A stretch of 64,000 nucleotides of DNA from Chrysomallon squamiferum (GCA_012295275.1 CM022665.1:24428001-24492000); one strand, 5' to 3'. Positions 1 through 14,640 are shown, counted from the stretch's first letter. The notes: a model not told the origin generated them from the letters alone. A program made the numbers and translations.

Positions 1-102
1 TGAATGACATTAACTGAAGAATTACCTGTGTTATAAAGAATCATATTAGAAATAAGAACTGCTCAACGTGAAATAAAATATATTATAATATAACACACAC
101 CG

Positions 103-135
<33 letters not shown>

Positions 136-999
136 CTTGAATTGTTTAAAATATCGATATATTCGTTGAAGTTAAAATAAAGCCGTCGTTTCATTTTTAC
201 ACTTTTGTTATCACTGCAAAAGTAGTAATGGTAATAGTAGTAGTAACAGTAATAGTAATAATAACAATAGGAGGAGGAGGAGGTATAGCAATAAGCTAGT
301 AGTGGTGTTAGCAATTTTAATAGCAGAATAGTAGTAGTAATGGTAGTAATAGTATTTTTTGTTGTTTCACTGATATTAAAATATACGCCTACATTGTCAT
401 TATTATCTACAGTAACAAACAGCAATTCACCATACTGAAGTACTCCCATGAACCAGTAAATTACCATAATGAAAAACGTGTAACGTGAAACAACTGAAAG
501 CTCTAGAGAAATGAGGACAGTGGAAACAATTGATTGTTTCCTAGCTCATGTACACATGACTCTCCCTAATTACATACCCAGGCAGGGTTTTCTCAGATAT
601 TTCGCGCTGTTTGATATATAATTATAGGCGTTATGGTACTTCAAACTGCCGTCGGGTCCCTGTTATCGGCAATTCATTTATATTCTTTTTCAAACTACTG
701 ATTTTATAAGTACGATAACTGATGTACATATAACTTTGATTTTTCGTGCGTGTAATTATGTATAAATCTTTACGGTGTTTATATATATATATATGTTTAA
801 CAGAAAAACAAGTTCAGTAGTTTCCACTGAGTATCTTTATCAGTGATGATAATTTTTTTTTAGATGAAGTCAAATTAACAACTATTTTATTTACTTTGTT
901 ATCATTAGAAAAATAGTTTTTGTAAATGACAGTCTTAGGAAAGCGAACTCACAGGGGTGAAAGAAAAATAAATACAGATATACAGTAACAAAGCGTGAA

Positions 1000-1001
<2 letters not shown>

Positions 1002-1092
<91 letters not shown>
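1002..1092. repeat. (GA)n microsatellite
   Basis: Direct inspection. Confidence 0.95.
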
Positions 1093-1096
<4 letters not shown>

Positions 1097-4000
1097 GAAA
1101 CAAAACAAGTAGAAAAACAAAGAAAAAAGTGCATTCACTAATTCTGCTTCCATGTTAACACGAACCTCAGCGACGTTTTTCTCAAACCTTTGTATTGCAC
1201 AGCACCTAAAGCGAGTAAGCATGTAATTTGCTTCAAGCAGAGCTGTTTTACATATTATTCTCAGACTGACGTCCATTAGAGTCAGTCAGAATTGTCCCCC
1301 AGCCCACGACGTAAACAAACAGTTGAAAACTGAACTGCTACTTGTGAGACGAGTAAGACCTCCAGTGCAAAGGATAGAATGACTTCAATTTCCTCCGACT
1401 TTAGATTGGATCTGTGAACTCGTTGTATGTCGAGTATCTTTTTTCTTTTTTCTGTGTAATGAAATAAATCGGTTATTGGCAGTAAACATCAAAGCCTACA
1501 TTTTCTTCATCTGTTCTTTCTCTCTCACGTTAAGAAAAAAAAATATATATATATATATATACATTTCTTTTTTTTTTTTTTTTTTTTCATGTACAAGGAC
1601 AGCTATTTTGACTTTCGTGTACTAAAACATTCTATGCAAGCCAGTGAATCAACGCGAATGATGTTGCTTTTATTTTAATGGTTATCGCGTGTTTATTAAA
1701 TATAGGACATTTGTGTAATGATAAGAGAAAAAGGTTTTGCTTAAAGACCTGACTCGAGTATATTGATTAATTTCTGTCATCCGTTATCGGTTATCAGATA
1801 TCTGGTACAGTCGTACTAGATCTTCTAATTAGTAGCAACAGATTTTTTTTTATACGTATGTTTCCATATGCATGAAAGCATACATTATGACCTTTATAAC
1901 CAGCATTGCAGAGAACGCCCTCTTCTTCATTCTACAGGTTATTCCTGCTAATTAATAAATTAGTTCAACAAATCGGTTGTCCATTATTGCATGGAGTAGG
2001 AAATTGTCCAGTGATTCCACAGATAGGTTTGATCTATCTAGCTATTGCATCAGAGCCTACTGCTTCGTAACTGGGTTATAGCTTCTTCTCTTCTTTGTAA
2101 CCATGCTGAAAATGGGTTAGGAAATAATAGACTTTCAGTTATTGGCAGAAAACTTAAAGATCGTTTAATTTTTTTTTGGCATAATATTTCTTGTTTTCAG
2201 TTAAAACTAATGCATGAATCTATATCATAGTATTGTTTCCTCATCCCTACTTCTTTTTGTGAAAAGATATAACATAACTATTACTATATAATATTACCAG
2301 TATTATTGGTAGCTCTACTGCTGCTACTACTACTACTACTACTACTGCTACTTCTACTACTGCTACTACTATTATTGCTACTGAAGCTAACAGTACTTTA
2401 TTATTACAGAACTACTTCTGTTTCTACTGTTATTAATAACTATTACTACTACTGTACAACTAATATATCTGCTGATTTAGTATTATTATTATTATTACAT
2501 GATTTACATATGTATGTGTCTGTAATTGAGAATTTTCAAGTAACAGTCTTTTCTTTATTGAACTAATATCACTAACGACACCTGATCTAGTTAGCACTGA
2601 CAGCCAGTGTTTATCATCAATTTTCTTTTATTATCATTAGATACACTTAGTTAATGAAAGCCAGTTAGTTTTACAGTCGATCGTTTTGCTTTTCTTGCAC
2701 GCTAGATTCACGCTGTTTGCGTAAAATATAGATTTGTTGTCCTTTCACGAAAGCGTGGAAGCCACGTTTCTGTTCAAACATTGAAATTATTTGTCTAGGA
2801 ATTAAAGAAATAGGGTGTCCAGTTTGGAAGTTCGAATTAGGGGCAGACTTCTCTTTCAAACCTTAATGTAGATATGTTTGTTTAACCTTGCCTCTGTTAG
2901 TGCTCAGTCAGTACTAGTGTGTTTTGTGTGTACGTGTGTGTGTGATTGCGTGCGAGTGTGCAATATACATCAAAATCCAAGATTTTTGTTATTGTATGAT
3001 ACATAAAATTTTAACGCTATATAAATACATTTGTTTACGTATGTTTGGCTTTATTTGTTTTATTAAAGACATAAAGAAATAAAAAATGGCCTTTGGTACA
3101 CGTTTTATTTGAACTGATCGGACAGTTTCTGCTGGGCAATAACAACCCACTTGGTGGTGTCAAATCTCACCCGTCATCGCAAATTTACTTACAGCCAGGT
3201 CTTCTCTGTAATAATAATAATAAGACGAAGAAGAATAAGAAGCAGAAGAAGAAGATGAAGAAGAAGACAAAAAATAAAAAATAATAATAATTGTAAGAAT
3301 AATAGGAATAAAAATAAAAATAATAACAAAAAAACAACATCAACAAAAACAACAACACAAGAATGATAGCATTATTATATTGAATTTCGAGTAGTAATGT
3401 TATATGTTTTCCGTCACTGGCCCCGAGGATACTATAAGAGATTTGATTTTTCGCAGAAAGCCAAAAGCTCTTTTAAAACAACACAAACAAGATAATTAAT
3501 AATAAACAATGTCTTCAGAAAGAGAGCGTTGTTGCAGAAAGGCAGCGATGTTAAACATACTTACTATTCCCGTAACTGCGTCAGTTTTATTCTTCTTTGG
3601 TTTCTGTAACGATATACTTTTCTTTATAACTCTATATGAGATTCTATGTATATTTAAAGTTATTGGTTTATGTAAATATTCTGAAGACAAAGACGAAACA
3701 GAATGAAAACAGACAGAAGCTATAGATACGGAGAACAATCGATACTAATCGGAAATAAATGAAGATACCAAAGAAAATAAATCTGAGTCCCATGGGATGT
3801 CGGTGTCCAATTTTGGTTTCCTAAGATGTCCTTCAGGAACGCTCTTTTCAATGTTAAGTTTTTGTCGTACGCTTTAGTACTACTGTTGCCATTATTTATG
3901 TCTTTGTTGTTATGAACTAAGAAATTCAAAGTATTTTATTTTGCTTGAGAAACGGAAGAACAATCGAATGGTCTTTAAAGACAAAAATAACGTAGGGTAT

Positions 4001-4172
4001 GTATCTGTCAGTGTTTCTTTGTATTTTTTACATTTGTTTTTCCTCTGGCTTTCTCTGTCTGTCTCTGTCTCTTTTCTTTCTCTTCCTGTCTCTTTCACTG
4101 TCTTTTTGTTTCTCTGTCTCTTTTTCTAACATTCTTTCTTTTTCTTTTTCTGTCTCTCTTTTCTCTGTCTCC

Positions 4173-4304
<132 letters not shown>

Positions 4305-5746
4305 CTTTCTCTGACTGTCATCTCTCTGTTCTCCCATTTCATTTTTTTTTGGCATACACGTGTGATATTTACAGTCTATGATTTTTTTTTTTTTATCTCT
4401 TTGTGGATTGGAATTGTATCTTAACGATTTAGAAAAATCATATTTTTACTTTTGAAAAGCGCCAAGTCTCATTTGCTTTGAGTTTCTTTTTCCAAATGTC
4501 TGCACAAGCTAAACGTCACCTTAGGGAACTTCTATCAAGAAAATAACATTTCGTTCTCTGAGACAAAGTGTCTGCACCAGAAATTCAATTAAAACAGTCA
4601 GTAAAACAAGAATCCTTGCCTAGCAAAGAAGAGAGTAGAACTATTTTCAGAATTATCCCACTTTTCCTATGACAGACGTAGAAGGATTTTAAAACGATTA
4701 TTCTTTATTTTTTATCAGCTGAATTTTTAATCTAAAATACGAAATTCAAAACAATGTCTGTTGGCAGCTTGAACCAGAACTCATCAAACGTTCAGAACCA
4801 TCATGTAAAGTTTCAAAACACGAAAGAACAAATCTAAATCCACCTGCTTTATCAGTTCTTACTCTTCAGAAAAAAAAAGAAGAAAAAGTCTTCTTCTGTT
4901 TACTAAGTACATTTTCATGTTCTGGTGTAAATTAGAAATTAATCGGTCAAGAAAATCGTAAAAGTATTGTAGACATCCGCTCTCTCTCTCTCTTTGTAGA
5001 TGAAGATTAATCATCAAAAAGATCATAGCAGTCATAAAATAATGAGTCTGATAACTCGGTCAGTATAACTAAATCTATAACGTACGTCCTCGTTTACGAT
5101 CTGCTACTGTGGCCTGGTTATTAGAGCTATGTGTATTTAACTCGGCTGTGTCATTGTGATGGTTAAACAAAGTGTATTTCTCTGCAGAACGAAATTTCCA
5201 TTGACAAGTTACGACAGCGGTGAATGGAATGCGAAGTCTATCAGCTTGCTGCTCTGTATTAGTAGGAGTTTCAATGTCTCGTCAGATGTATGTCTTTTCT
5301 AAACACGTCAGCATTGATGTTTAAATTATGACTGGGAACGAGACGAGGTCAAGTGGTTAGACTACAACAGTTCTCGACCATTTAACTATCACGGAATTCC
5401 AAAAAAAAAATTAAAAATTTTTTAAAAATTTAAAATAAACAAAATTCTGTTGACGTACCGAGGAACTTATGTTTCTGGATACATCAAGTTATTAACGTGC
5501 TATGATTTTTTGTTTCTCTGTATTACTTAAGTTATTCCCGAAGAGGATTCGCGAAGTCTCGGCTGGAAATCAACACATTAAGCTAAGCCTAAGGATCCGC
5601 TGAGACTGTTTGGGAATCAGTGGTTTAAAGTATCAGCTCCACGTTTGGTGGGTCGCTTGACCAGTTAACCTTGGTGCACACTTATAGCTTTTTTCTATTA
5701 TTACTAACACACTAAAACCAATGAGGTCGTAAGCAAATAATATACA

Positions 5747-5777
<31 letters not shown>

Positions 5778-6046
5778 TTATAGAACAAGAAAAAACAAAA
5801 AACAGAACTAGATTTGAATGTTGGTCCATGAAGGATATGCTTGAACCAAGAGTAACATGAAATGAAAGACCAACATCTTAAGTATTAAATAAAATAAAAT
5901 AATTCCTAATTAAAGAAATTATTAACTTAAATGGCTAAATGATTCTTGCATCTTGATTCTGGTAAAAATAACAAAAAATAGAATAAATAAATATAGTAAT
6001 AAAATTAAATAAATAACAAACACATACAAATAAATAATAATTATTA

Positions 6047-6097
<51 letters not shown>

Positions 6098-6875
6098 GTT
6101 GTTGTTGTTGTTATTATTATTAATAATAAAATAATCACTAAGAGATACAGTAATGATATAGCAATACAATATATTAAACACGTGAACATAAATATACTAC
6201 TTAAATATATCATTACGGTAATAAAAATAATAAATAAACACACAAACACATGAATAAAATCAAAAACAATATGCATATAAATATATCAATACAGTAATAA
6301 AAATAAATAAAAGAAAATAACACCATACTAGTAACGATAACATCTTGTTCCCTACATAAAAATCAATATGTTTTTGCCCTCTTCCGCAGGAAAATAAAGA
6401 ATAGTATCTTACTTCCTCTCGGGCGGTTTTCAGGTTAATGGATATAACAGTCTTTCTTGTCAGTGTCAATTGATGCTAATGGTGCAGTGAATTGCACAGG
6501 CTAGAAAAACTTCTCTCTGAGCATCGCCAGAATCAATAGTAATCGATTAGGAAATTAATAAGAAGCAAACATCTGTTCTGTAACTCAAAACAATCATTTT
6601 GGTTTCCAAACGTAGAGCTGGACAATTTTTAAATTTTTATTTTTTATTTTTGTTTTAATTTTTATTTTATTTTTTTTTTTTTTTTTTTTATTATTATTTT
6701 TTTTTTTTTTTTAATATGTTTCCGTAATAAAAAAAATAAGAAGCAAAACGAAATGATTTCTCACCCAATCAGTTGAAGTAACGCGGATATCAGTTACCGA
6801 ATCAAGAGATGGATATTAATTTTGCGAAGATTTTGTTTGTTATAGAATGATGTAATTATATGAATGGTGTTATTT

Positions 6876-6961
<86 letters not shown>

Positions 6962-7125
6962 TGAAATATTAACATTTTTACCTCAGATATATGAATTTGT
7001 CTTTCATTCTTTCCTTCCCTTCCTCTTTTCCTCTTTTTGACTTCCTTTCTCACTTTCTTTCATTCTTGCCTCTTTCTTTCTCTCTTTCATCTTCCTATGA
7101 ATTATGTCTTTCATCATTTTCTCTG

Positions 7126-7161
<36 letters not shown>

Positions 7162-7546
7162 ACCATTCTCATGCTCTCTGTCTCTCTCTGTCTCTGTATC
7201 TCTCTCTTTCACTCTCTTAATCATATGATTCTTGCACTAAGTTGTCTCGATCCTGAAAAAGGAAAAGATCACTGGATTAGTATTTATAACAAAATGTGTC
7301 TGTAAAAATAAAAACCAAATCAGACATCTACAACATCCCTATTTCAATTCCAAAAAAAAAAAAAAAAAACCACCTACATTTCTTTTTTTTTCCAACAAAA
7401 ATAACTACTATGGCTTATGGGTAATAAGAAAGAAGACACAGGCTGATGGAAACAAACGAAACGAGTTTGATTTATAACGAACTGAATGTGATGATGCAGA
7501 TAAGATGAGTCTCAGTGTTAATTTTCTCTAATTGTCTTCAGCGAGT

Positions 7547-7678
7547 CACGTTTGCCGGTGCACGGCGTGACCGAATTGTCACGTGTAATACTTCCTGAAT
7601 TAAACACAATACGTGATATTAATTGCACGCTGGGTGATAACTGGACTCAACATTATTGTGCTGTGTTTGACCGACGTG
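7547..7678. promoter_or_regulatory. Cluster of six RCGTG (HIF/bHLH-PAS-type core) sites, candidate hypoxia-response enhancer
   Basis: Sites at 7547(-), 7565(+), 7580 (CACGTG), 7611(+), 7626(-) and 7674(+) in 132 bp, 3.7 kb upstream of the globin 1 ATG. Confidence 0.45.
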
Positions 7679-7952
7679 TGAATTAATTGCTTAAAAATTT
7701 CTGGGTGACAAAAATAACACCAAAAAAAACAACAGCTAATTTTAGATATCGTTAGCTCCGGTTCCTTCGTTCAGGTTACATTTTTTATAGTTAAAAAAAA
7801 AAAAAATTGGATTTCAGTTTGATAATAACTTTGTTACAGAATTCTGTTTTATAATCATGAATGGGAAATCGAAAAAGATACAGCAAATGAGACACGGAAA
7901 ACTTTCATTTGCAAAGACACGTACATACATACAAGCTTATTCACACACACAG

Positions 7953-7983
<31 letters not shown>

Positions 7984-9079
7984 CATACATACACACACAC
8001 ACACACATATATATATATAAACATGCATAATACAGTTATGTACATACAAACACACACAAACATGCTCACACAATATATTCATTCATAAGTACCTACACAT
8101 GTACATACTGATACATATAACTAAAACAAAAAACTAAAAATTAATCTCAACGGTCAGTACACTAGAACAAAGATTAATAAAGCCATCAGTATTTTCCTAT
8201 TAATTATTAAATATTGTTGAGAAATTTACTGACATTTATTAATAATTTTTAAATCTTGTGTATATATATATATAGATAGATATATAGATATATATATATA
8301 AATCAACAAAGCTTTCCAAAAGTCATTTAAATTTGTGTTACGTTTGCTTAAATTGCCAGAGTCACTTTTAGTAACCCTGACCATGTAAACAATGGGTGTC
8401 TGTAACCTTTGTAAATCAAAGTTAATTTTGTCAATCAGAAATCACCTCCCAATTATAGGCCGTCCAGGATATGTCGAACAGGCATGCATTTGTAACCACG
8501 CAGCAGCACGGTCATGCCAATAACCTTTTAATTCTGACAGATATATGTGACATAATTTCAGCAGAATCGTTTCCAGTGCCAAAAAACAATACCCACGGGA
8601 GGTACTGAACACAGCACTTAAATCTGATACGAAAACACTGCATCACACCATCGCCATAGGCGCGGTTTAGAAGCACCTTTTAACAATCCAAATACAACGT
8701 TTTCGATTCACACTTTGCGCAGCTAAAATGAAGCCCCAAAATGTAGTTGTTAGCTTCAAGCTGTCTGTTTAAGTAGGCGAATCGTGAAATCAGAATGAAC
8801 AAATTCAGGATATTTCCCAAATCCATAAAATGTTTTATTTCTGTTAGAAAAGTGTTACATATGTTTGTTTTTTTTTTTTTTTTTTTTTTTAACAGAGTAA
8901 TGGCCTATTTATTTTCTTTAAATAATTTTGTTGTTTATATACATGTTTGTAATGTAATTAATATTTTTAAAAAATTGAAGATTTCTTATATTAAATTAAA
9001 CCATGCTAACGGAAACACACTTAAATACAAAAAATAGTGCACTCATTAGCACGCAAACATACTATCTATCTATCTCTCC

Positions 9080-9112
<33 letters not shown>

Positions 9113-9969
9113 TCTATATCTATCTATCTATCTATCTACCTATTTATCTATCTATCTATGTACACACACACAAACCACATGCATACTCCCACAATTATAT
9201 GTTATCTTCAGCCTTTGGTTGGTTAAGTCACCTGAACAACGGGAAACGTTCACCTTTTAGTATTTTGAGACTGAATACACAAGATGATGGACGATCGTGT
9301 TGAAATTACAACTGTTGGGATGCTATTTTGGTTGATGTAATACTTTGTCATTTTGTTTTTATCAATAACCTTAGTACTGAAGATAAAGAGAGCAGAATTG
9401 GTGAAACCGAGTGTGCAAGATTTGTTGGAAATAACAAGCGCGCGTATTTAGTCAGTTGTGATTATTTCAGTTCTTAGAAGATTTTCACCACTGTATTTCA
9501 CTGCTGAGGCGATATAACAATTTTCGTTGTTCACAATTTCAGAAGAAAAAAAAACACACCCACCAAAATAACCCAGATGGGCTTGATTACATGTTTACTA
9601 GATTGCTCTGTAGGAAATCAATTTTCAGTGACAATAAAATTGATGGTTATAGGCGCTTTGTAGTACGATTCATATAAAAAGAATGTTATCTTTTTATTTC
9701 TTTTTAATGAAAAACATTAACAATATTATATTCAGTTTCTAGTGCTATTGTTTTTTAAATATCAAATGATCTTCCATTAACGTTATCATTTGATGTGATA
9801 GATCATGCCATTTAGTTGGCAGAACAGGGGAAAAAAGCTCCCCGAGTTGTAAAAGAGAAATTATCCGCTGAACTAGCTATCGCCAAGCCAAGAAAAACAA
9901 CAACAACAATTAAAGTTATACATCAACCCTACTATATAAAACAAAGTCATGAAACATTATGTCATACGT

Positions 9970-10030
<61 letters not shown>

Positions 10031-10405
10031 GTTGTTGTATGGAAGGAGTTGATATAAAAATCTACATGTACTATGGTGCCATCCTGGCTCATTGTTATTC
10101 GTCAGTGTTTACAGTGTTTAATCGGCAAGACTTTATTTATTACAAATTAGTGAAAGTGCTGCGGCTAGCATCGCCCCATATCATCTAAATCAGCCTTAAC
10201 AAAAGCATAAATCATTTAGCAAGTGAACGCCAGGAACCCAACCTGCTTGTTTATGGCCGAGTAGGTTATTGGATGTGACTTTGTTCTTTAACTTAATGAA
10301 CACTGTTTGTTCTTGAATACAGGATCTGTTCCGTTGATTTTATAACTCAAAATTGTTTTATTTTACTTCGTGAACCAAGCACTCCTTATGATCATAATAA
10401 CAGTG

Positions 10406-10439
<34 letters not shown>

Positions 10440-11407
10440 TATTATCTGTATATTATCCTGTGCCTGCCTTTTCAAAGGAATTTCTGCTAAGTTTAATCTA
10501 TAGTAATTATTTTTGTTATATCGTCTAATTTTACAACAGCTTTAAATTTACGAATTTGGCATTTTTCACGTACTGTACATTTCCTAATAATTCATTATAA
10601 TACTCTGATTTAAGAATTCATACTAGAAACTCATAATGTTTTCTACTGAATGAGCACAATTCCTATATTTTCCTATATTTAAGAACACAAGTTTTGCATC
10701 TGACATGTTTTGTGTGTGCGCGCCTACGTGTTTTAAGAAGAAGAGTTGGATGCTTGCAGTATGTTCTGTTATAAGAAAACGTTCCAAGTTTAGTATATGT
10801 ACTGTGTGAATAGTTTGTATACTATGCGTGTGCGTGTTTTATTAGAAAACGTTTAATATTTTAGATCTGTTCTGTCTTACGAAAAGAAATTTTAGCATAT
10901 TGGAAGAAATTCAAGCAATATTTGCTATATCTCAAACTAAATCTATTAATTTTAACAATACAAACTGTCTGTCTGTATCGAATTTTGTTCCGTCAATTAA
11001 AATTATAAATTCATTCTCAGAAATAATTTCTGTTTCCATGATATATTCCATTTGAAAAATATAATTTATTTCATTAATCTATTTATTTATTTATGTGTTG
11101 TTGTTATTGTTATTATTATTGTTATTATTATTATTGTTTTCGTTTACCATGAACAAAGGAAGTTCAGTCATATATTAGAAATAAAATTTCTCTACTTGTA
11201 TCACTTTATGTTGCATACTATTCATTAATTTCTAGGTTATTCTTGTAACGTGGATCACCCAGTGATACTCGTCACGATCTCCGAATTAAAAGAAAAAAAA
11301 AGAAAAAAATCACTGTAGTTGTAACGTTTTATGTTATATGTGATCTGTATGTTTGTAAGACTGTTCTAGCGTGTCTCTTTCTCCGTGTGTTTTCAGTGTA
11401 ACTCGCC

Positions 11408-12333
11408 ATGGGTTGCGGTAGTTCTTCAAACAAAGTAAAACCTCCTTTCACTGAACTCGACAAGATGTACATCCGAGAGTCGTGGGTTCTCTTCTCCGAC
11501 GGCGGCATTGTAGAAAGTGGACAGCATCTCTTCCTCAAGTAGGCTTTTTCCTTTATTATTATTATTTACATCATCATGATCGTCATCATCATTATCATCA
11601 TTTAATAGTTTTTATAGAAATAATTTTAAATTTATAGAACATTTCTCACTTTCTTTCTCTATCTCCAAGACTATTTATTTGTCTAACACATACACATAAA
11701 CATACATAGTGTTTCATTATGTTGCCTTTAATTTACTTGGCTTTTTATATAAATATCGTCAGCCAGTGCTTTTCGTTCAAATTAATTTTATACATGAAAC
11801 AACCATAACAGAATAAAATGGTGAATAATAAACTATACTGCGCTTTACAGAACTTGAGAACAGAAATTAGCTTCTACGAACATACCAGGCAAAAAAACAA
11901 AGCAGACGTTTCTAATCCATTAACTAAAATGGCATTTTATTCAATAGCATTTACTTACAGAGAATTTCCTTATAATCCCTGTATTTTCTTGTAACTTACT
12001 TTTCGATTTCAGAATGTTTGAGAAAAGACCTGACATCAAAGAACTGTTTTTGTACGCCAAAGAAGCCAACGTTACGTCAAAGGTATTCGGCAAGAATCGA
12101 CAGTTCAACAACCACGTTCGTCGTGTGTTCGAGATGCTGGGGTCCGTGGTAACGAACATTGACGACTACTGGGACGTCGAACCCCTTCTAGTGAGTCTCG
12201 GGGCAAAGCACGCCACATTCGCCCTGCAGAAAGATTATTTCAAGGTACTGAAATTTGTAACTGCGTAAACTGAGGTATTTGTTTTATAGATATTCGGAGC
12301 AGAAAAGGTGCAAAAAAAATAATTAGTTATAAT

Positions 12334-12399
<66 letters not shown>

Positions 12400-13489
12400 G
12401 GTGAGTATATTTTATTTAATCGATAATTAAATCTTGCTTGAAAATTACAAGAATAAGAAAGTAAATAAATAAATGAATGAATAAAGAAAGAAAGAAAGGA
12501 AGGAAGGAAAGAAAGAAAGAAGAAAATAAGAAAGAAACAATAAAAAAAAAGAAAAAAAATTGCATTAAAATTGTCTTAATGCAATTTCCTTTGCCTTTAG
12601 TGAAAATTGCTAAGGAAAAAGCCACGAATCACACTGGCAGAAACGTGCGTAACTACGACAAATACATGTCTTGGAAGAAATTGCACAATGTTTTATGTGT
12701 TAGTACTATCAATTCCGTAATTCCACTAATCACGAAATTCGAATCGAAAAACACAAGTCGCAAATCTTCTCTGTCATCTAAATTAATTGTAAGAAGGTAA
12801 AATAAATTGTATCATTGTGCAAACCTGCAACTTAAATTCTTAGAAAATTACACGGAGTTGAAGTAACTCATTCATTTCATTATTTTATTCCGCGATATTT
12901 TTTGTGTAACAGAACGATCTAACAAAAATAATTTATGTACGTTTTTTTCCTTCATAAAGAAAGAGATAAAAATATAAATTAATTTCCACGTTCATTTTTT
13001 TTTCCTCTTTTTTTTTTTTTTATTTTTATTTTTTTATTGTTATTAATGCGTTTTCAAATATTTCATTAGCTTCGAATCGAAATATCCGTATTTCATTTGA
13101 TCTGTTCCTTCTAATTTAATTTTTGCAGTATCCATAAAATTAAGTCCTGGTATTATTTCAATTCTCTTGCTATTCATCTGTTGTTATTACCTAAGTTTAT
13201 CACTTGATCTTTTTAATCCACGTTCACGTTTATTCACTCGGTTTTCAAAGCCGCCATTATGACCGTAAAAGTCTCCGTAGATCTTTTTCTTGATTTTTTC
13301 TTCTTCTTCTTCTTCTTCTTCTTATTATTATTATTATGACCGTCTCGACCATCATCACTATCATCATCATCATCAACATAATTATCACTACACTTATTAA
13401 TATTAATATCATCGTCTTCACATTATCATTGTCATCGTTATTATCGTGTGTATCGTTATTAATATCAGTATTAGTATTGTTGTTATTGC

Positions 13490-13526
<37 letters not shown>

Positions 13527-13690
13527 TTCAGCTGTTCGGAGACTGTTTACTGTACAGTTTAGAACGAAAACTTGGAGACAAATTCACGCCTGAAGTGAAG
13601 GAAGCCTGGGTCCATATGATCCAGTTTGTGATTCCACTCATGATAAACGGCTGGACGATAGGCACAGCCAAACTACAAGGTCACGGATGA
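11408..13690 (+). CDS. Globin 1: single-domain globin with N-terminal acylation motif (globin X/neuroglobin-like), 173 aa; join(11408..11538,12013..12244,13532..13690)
   Basis: Manual splicing gives an intact ORF: MGCGSSSNKVKPPFTELDKMYIRESWVLFSDGGIVESGQHLFLK|MFEKRPDIKELFLYAKEANVTSKVFGKNRQFNNHVRRVFEMLGSVVTNIDDYWDVEPLLVSLGAKHATFALQKDYFK|LFGDCLLYSLERKLGDKFTPEVKEAWVHMIQFVIPLMINGWTIGTAKLQGHG*. GT-AG introns in phase 2 (B12.2) and phase 0 (G7.0). TrpA12, ProC2, PheCD1, HisE7, HisF8 and the FTPEVKEAW GH/H motif are present. An acceptor (tttcag, AG at 11395-11396) just before the ATG implies an upstream non-coding exon. Confidence 0.95.
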
Positions 13691-13770
13691 TGATCCAGCC
13701 ACATAATCGAAACTTCCCCTGTACATACAACTTAAAGAACAAAGACAGATACTCTACATATTTAATATAC

Positions 13771-14640
13771 GTTATTCGTTTAGTGTAAATATTTTACACG
13801 TAGGATAAACATTTATCAAATGAAGGATTTCAGATCCGGAAAGAAAATATCCGTGTAGATGAATGATAAACAATATATCTGCGGAAGATAAACACGTCAC
13901 ATATTACAGTAGTTCCGTTATTCGCTTACTGTATGTTTTACACTTGGTATGCGGAAACAAAATAGCCGTGCAGATGAAAGATAGTTAATATATTTGCAGA
14001 AGCTAAATGCAGTAAATAGTACAATAATTATGTTGCTCGTTTAGTGTATGTTTTACACTAAGGGAAAAAAATTCAAATCCTGGAGTATTATATTCTTTAT
14101 AGGAAGAAAGAAATTAACGACAGAAATTAATATCAGACCAAAAAAAAAGTTGTTTTTGTTATTATAAGCATGTTGTTCAATAGGTGTAAATACATTAATT
14201 ACTCTTAGGATAAACCCAGGGGCGGATCTATTATGAAACTAACGAAGCTTGAGCTTCGGGGCCCCTAATCCAAGAGGAGTCCCAGAAACGACTTGTAGTT
14301 CATATTTCTTCAATATTTTAATCAGTATCTGAGATGTGTCTAAATTTTAAAACCTGTCATGGAAATATTGCCAAAGAAGAAAATAAGAGTAGTTACCCAG
14401 ACTTCGTTGCTGCTTGCGAAAGGCCCCCATAATTGTTCAAACCACAAAAATGTAGTTCCGCCACTGGATATGCCTTTATCGAAAGAAGGATTTCAGAGCA
14501 GGGTAAACAAAAAAACAAAAAAAATATCCTTTATAGGAAAATAACAAGAAATAAATAACAGCCTAGATGGATGGTAAATAATATATGTGTAATATGTTAT
14601 TTGTTTAGTGTAAATAAACAGTTATTACTGGAAAATTTTC
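13771..14640. repeat. Degenerate tandem array (about 115-150 bp units) immediately 3' of the globin 1 stop
   Basis: Recurrent gttattcgtttagtgta...ttttacac and aaaata(t/g)ccgtg(t/c)agatgaa...aatatat(c/t)tgc(g/a)gaag blocks at about 13771, 13917, 14031, 14172 and 14597; interrupted by the MITE. Confidence 0.7.
14217..14466. mobile_element. hAT-like MITE (250 bp)
   Basis: TIRs CAGGGGCGGATCTA / TAGTTCCGCCACTG; degenerate 8-bp TSD gataaacc/gatatgcc; related copy at about 48258-48446. Confidence 0.75.

Noticed and set aside
1260-1430. Possible distal promoter or first exon of globin 1 (GTAAACAAA forkhead motif, short inverted repeat, gtatgt donor)
   Set aside because: No independent support such as paralog conservation or TATA spacing; cannot be linked to the 11397 acceptor from sequence alone.
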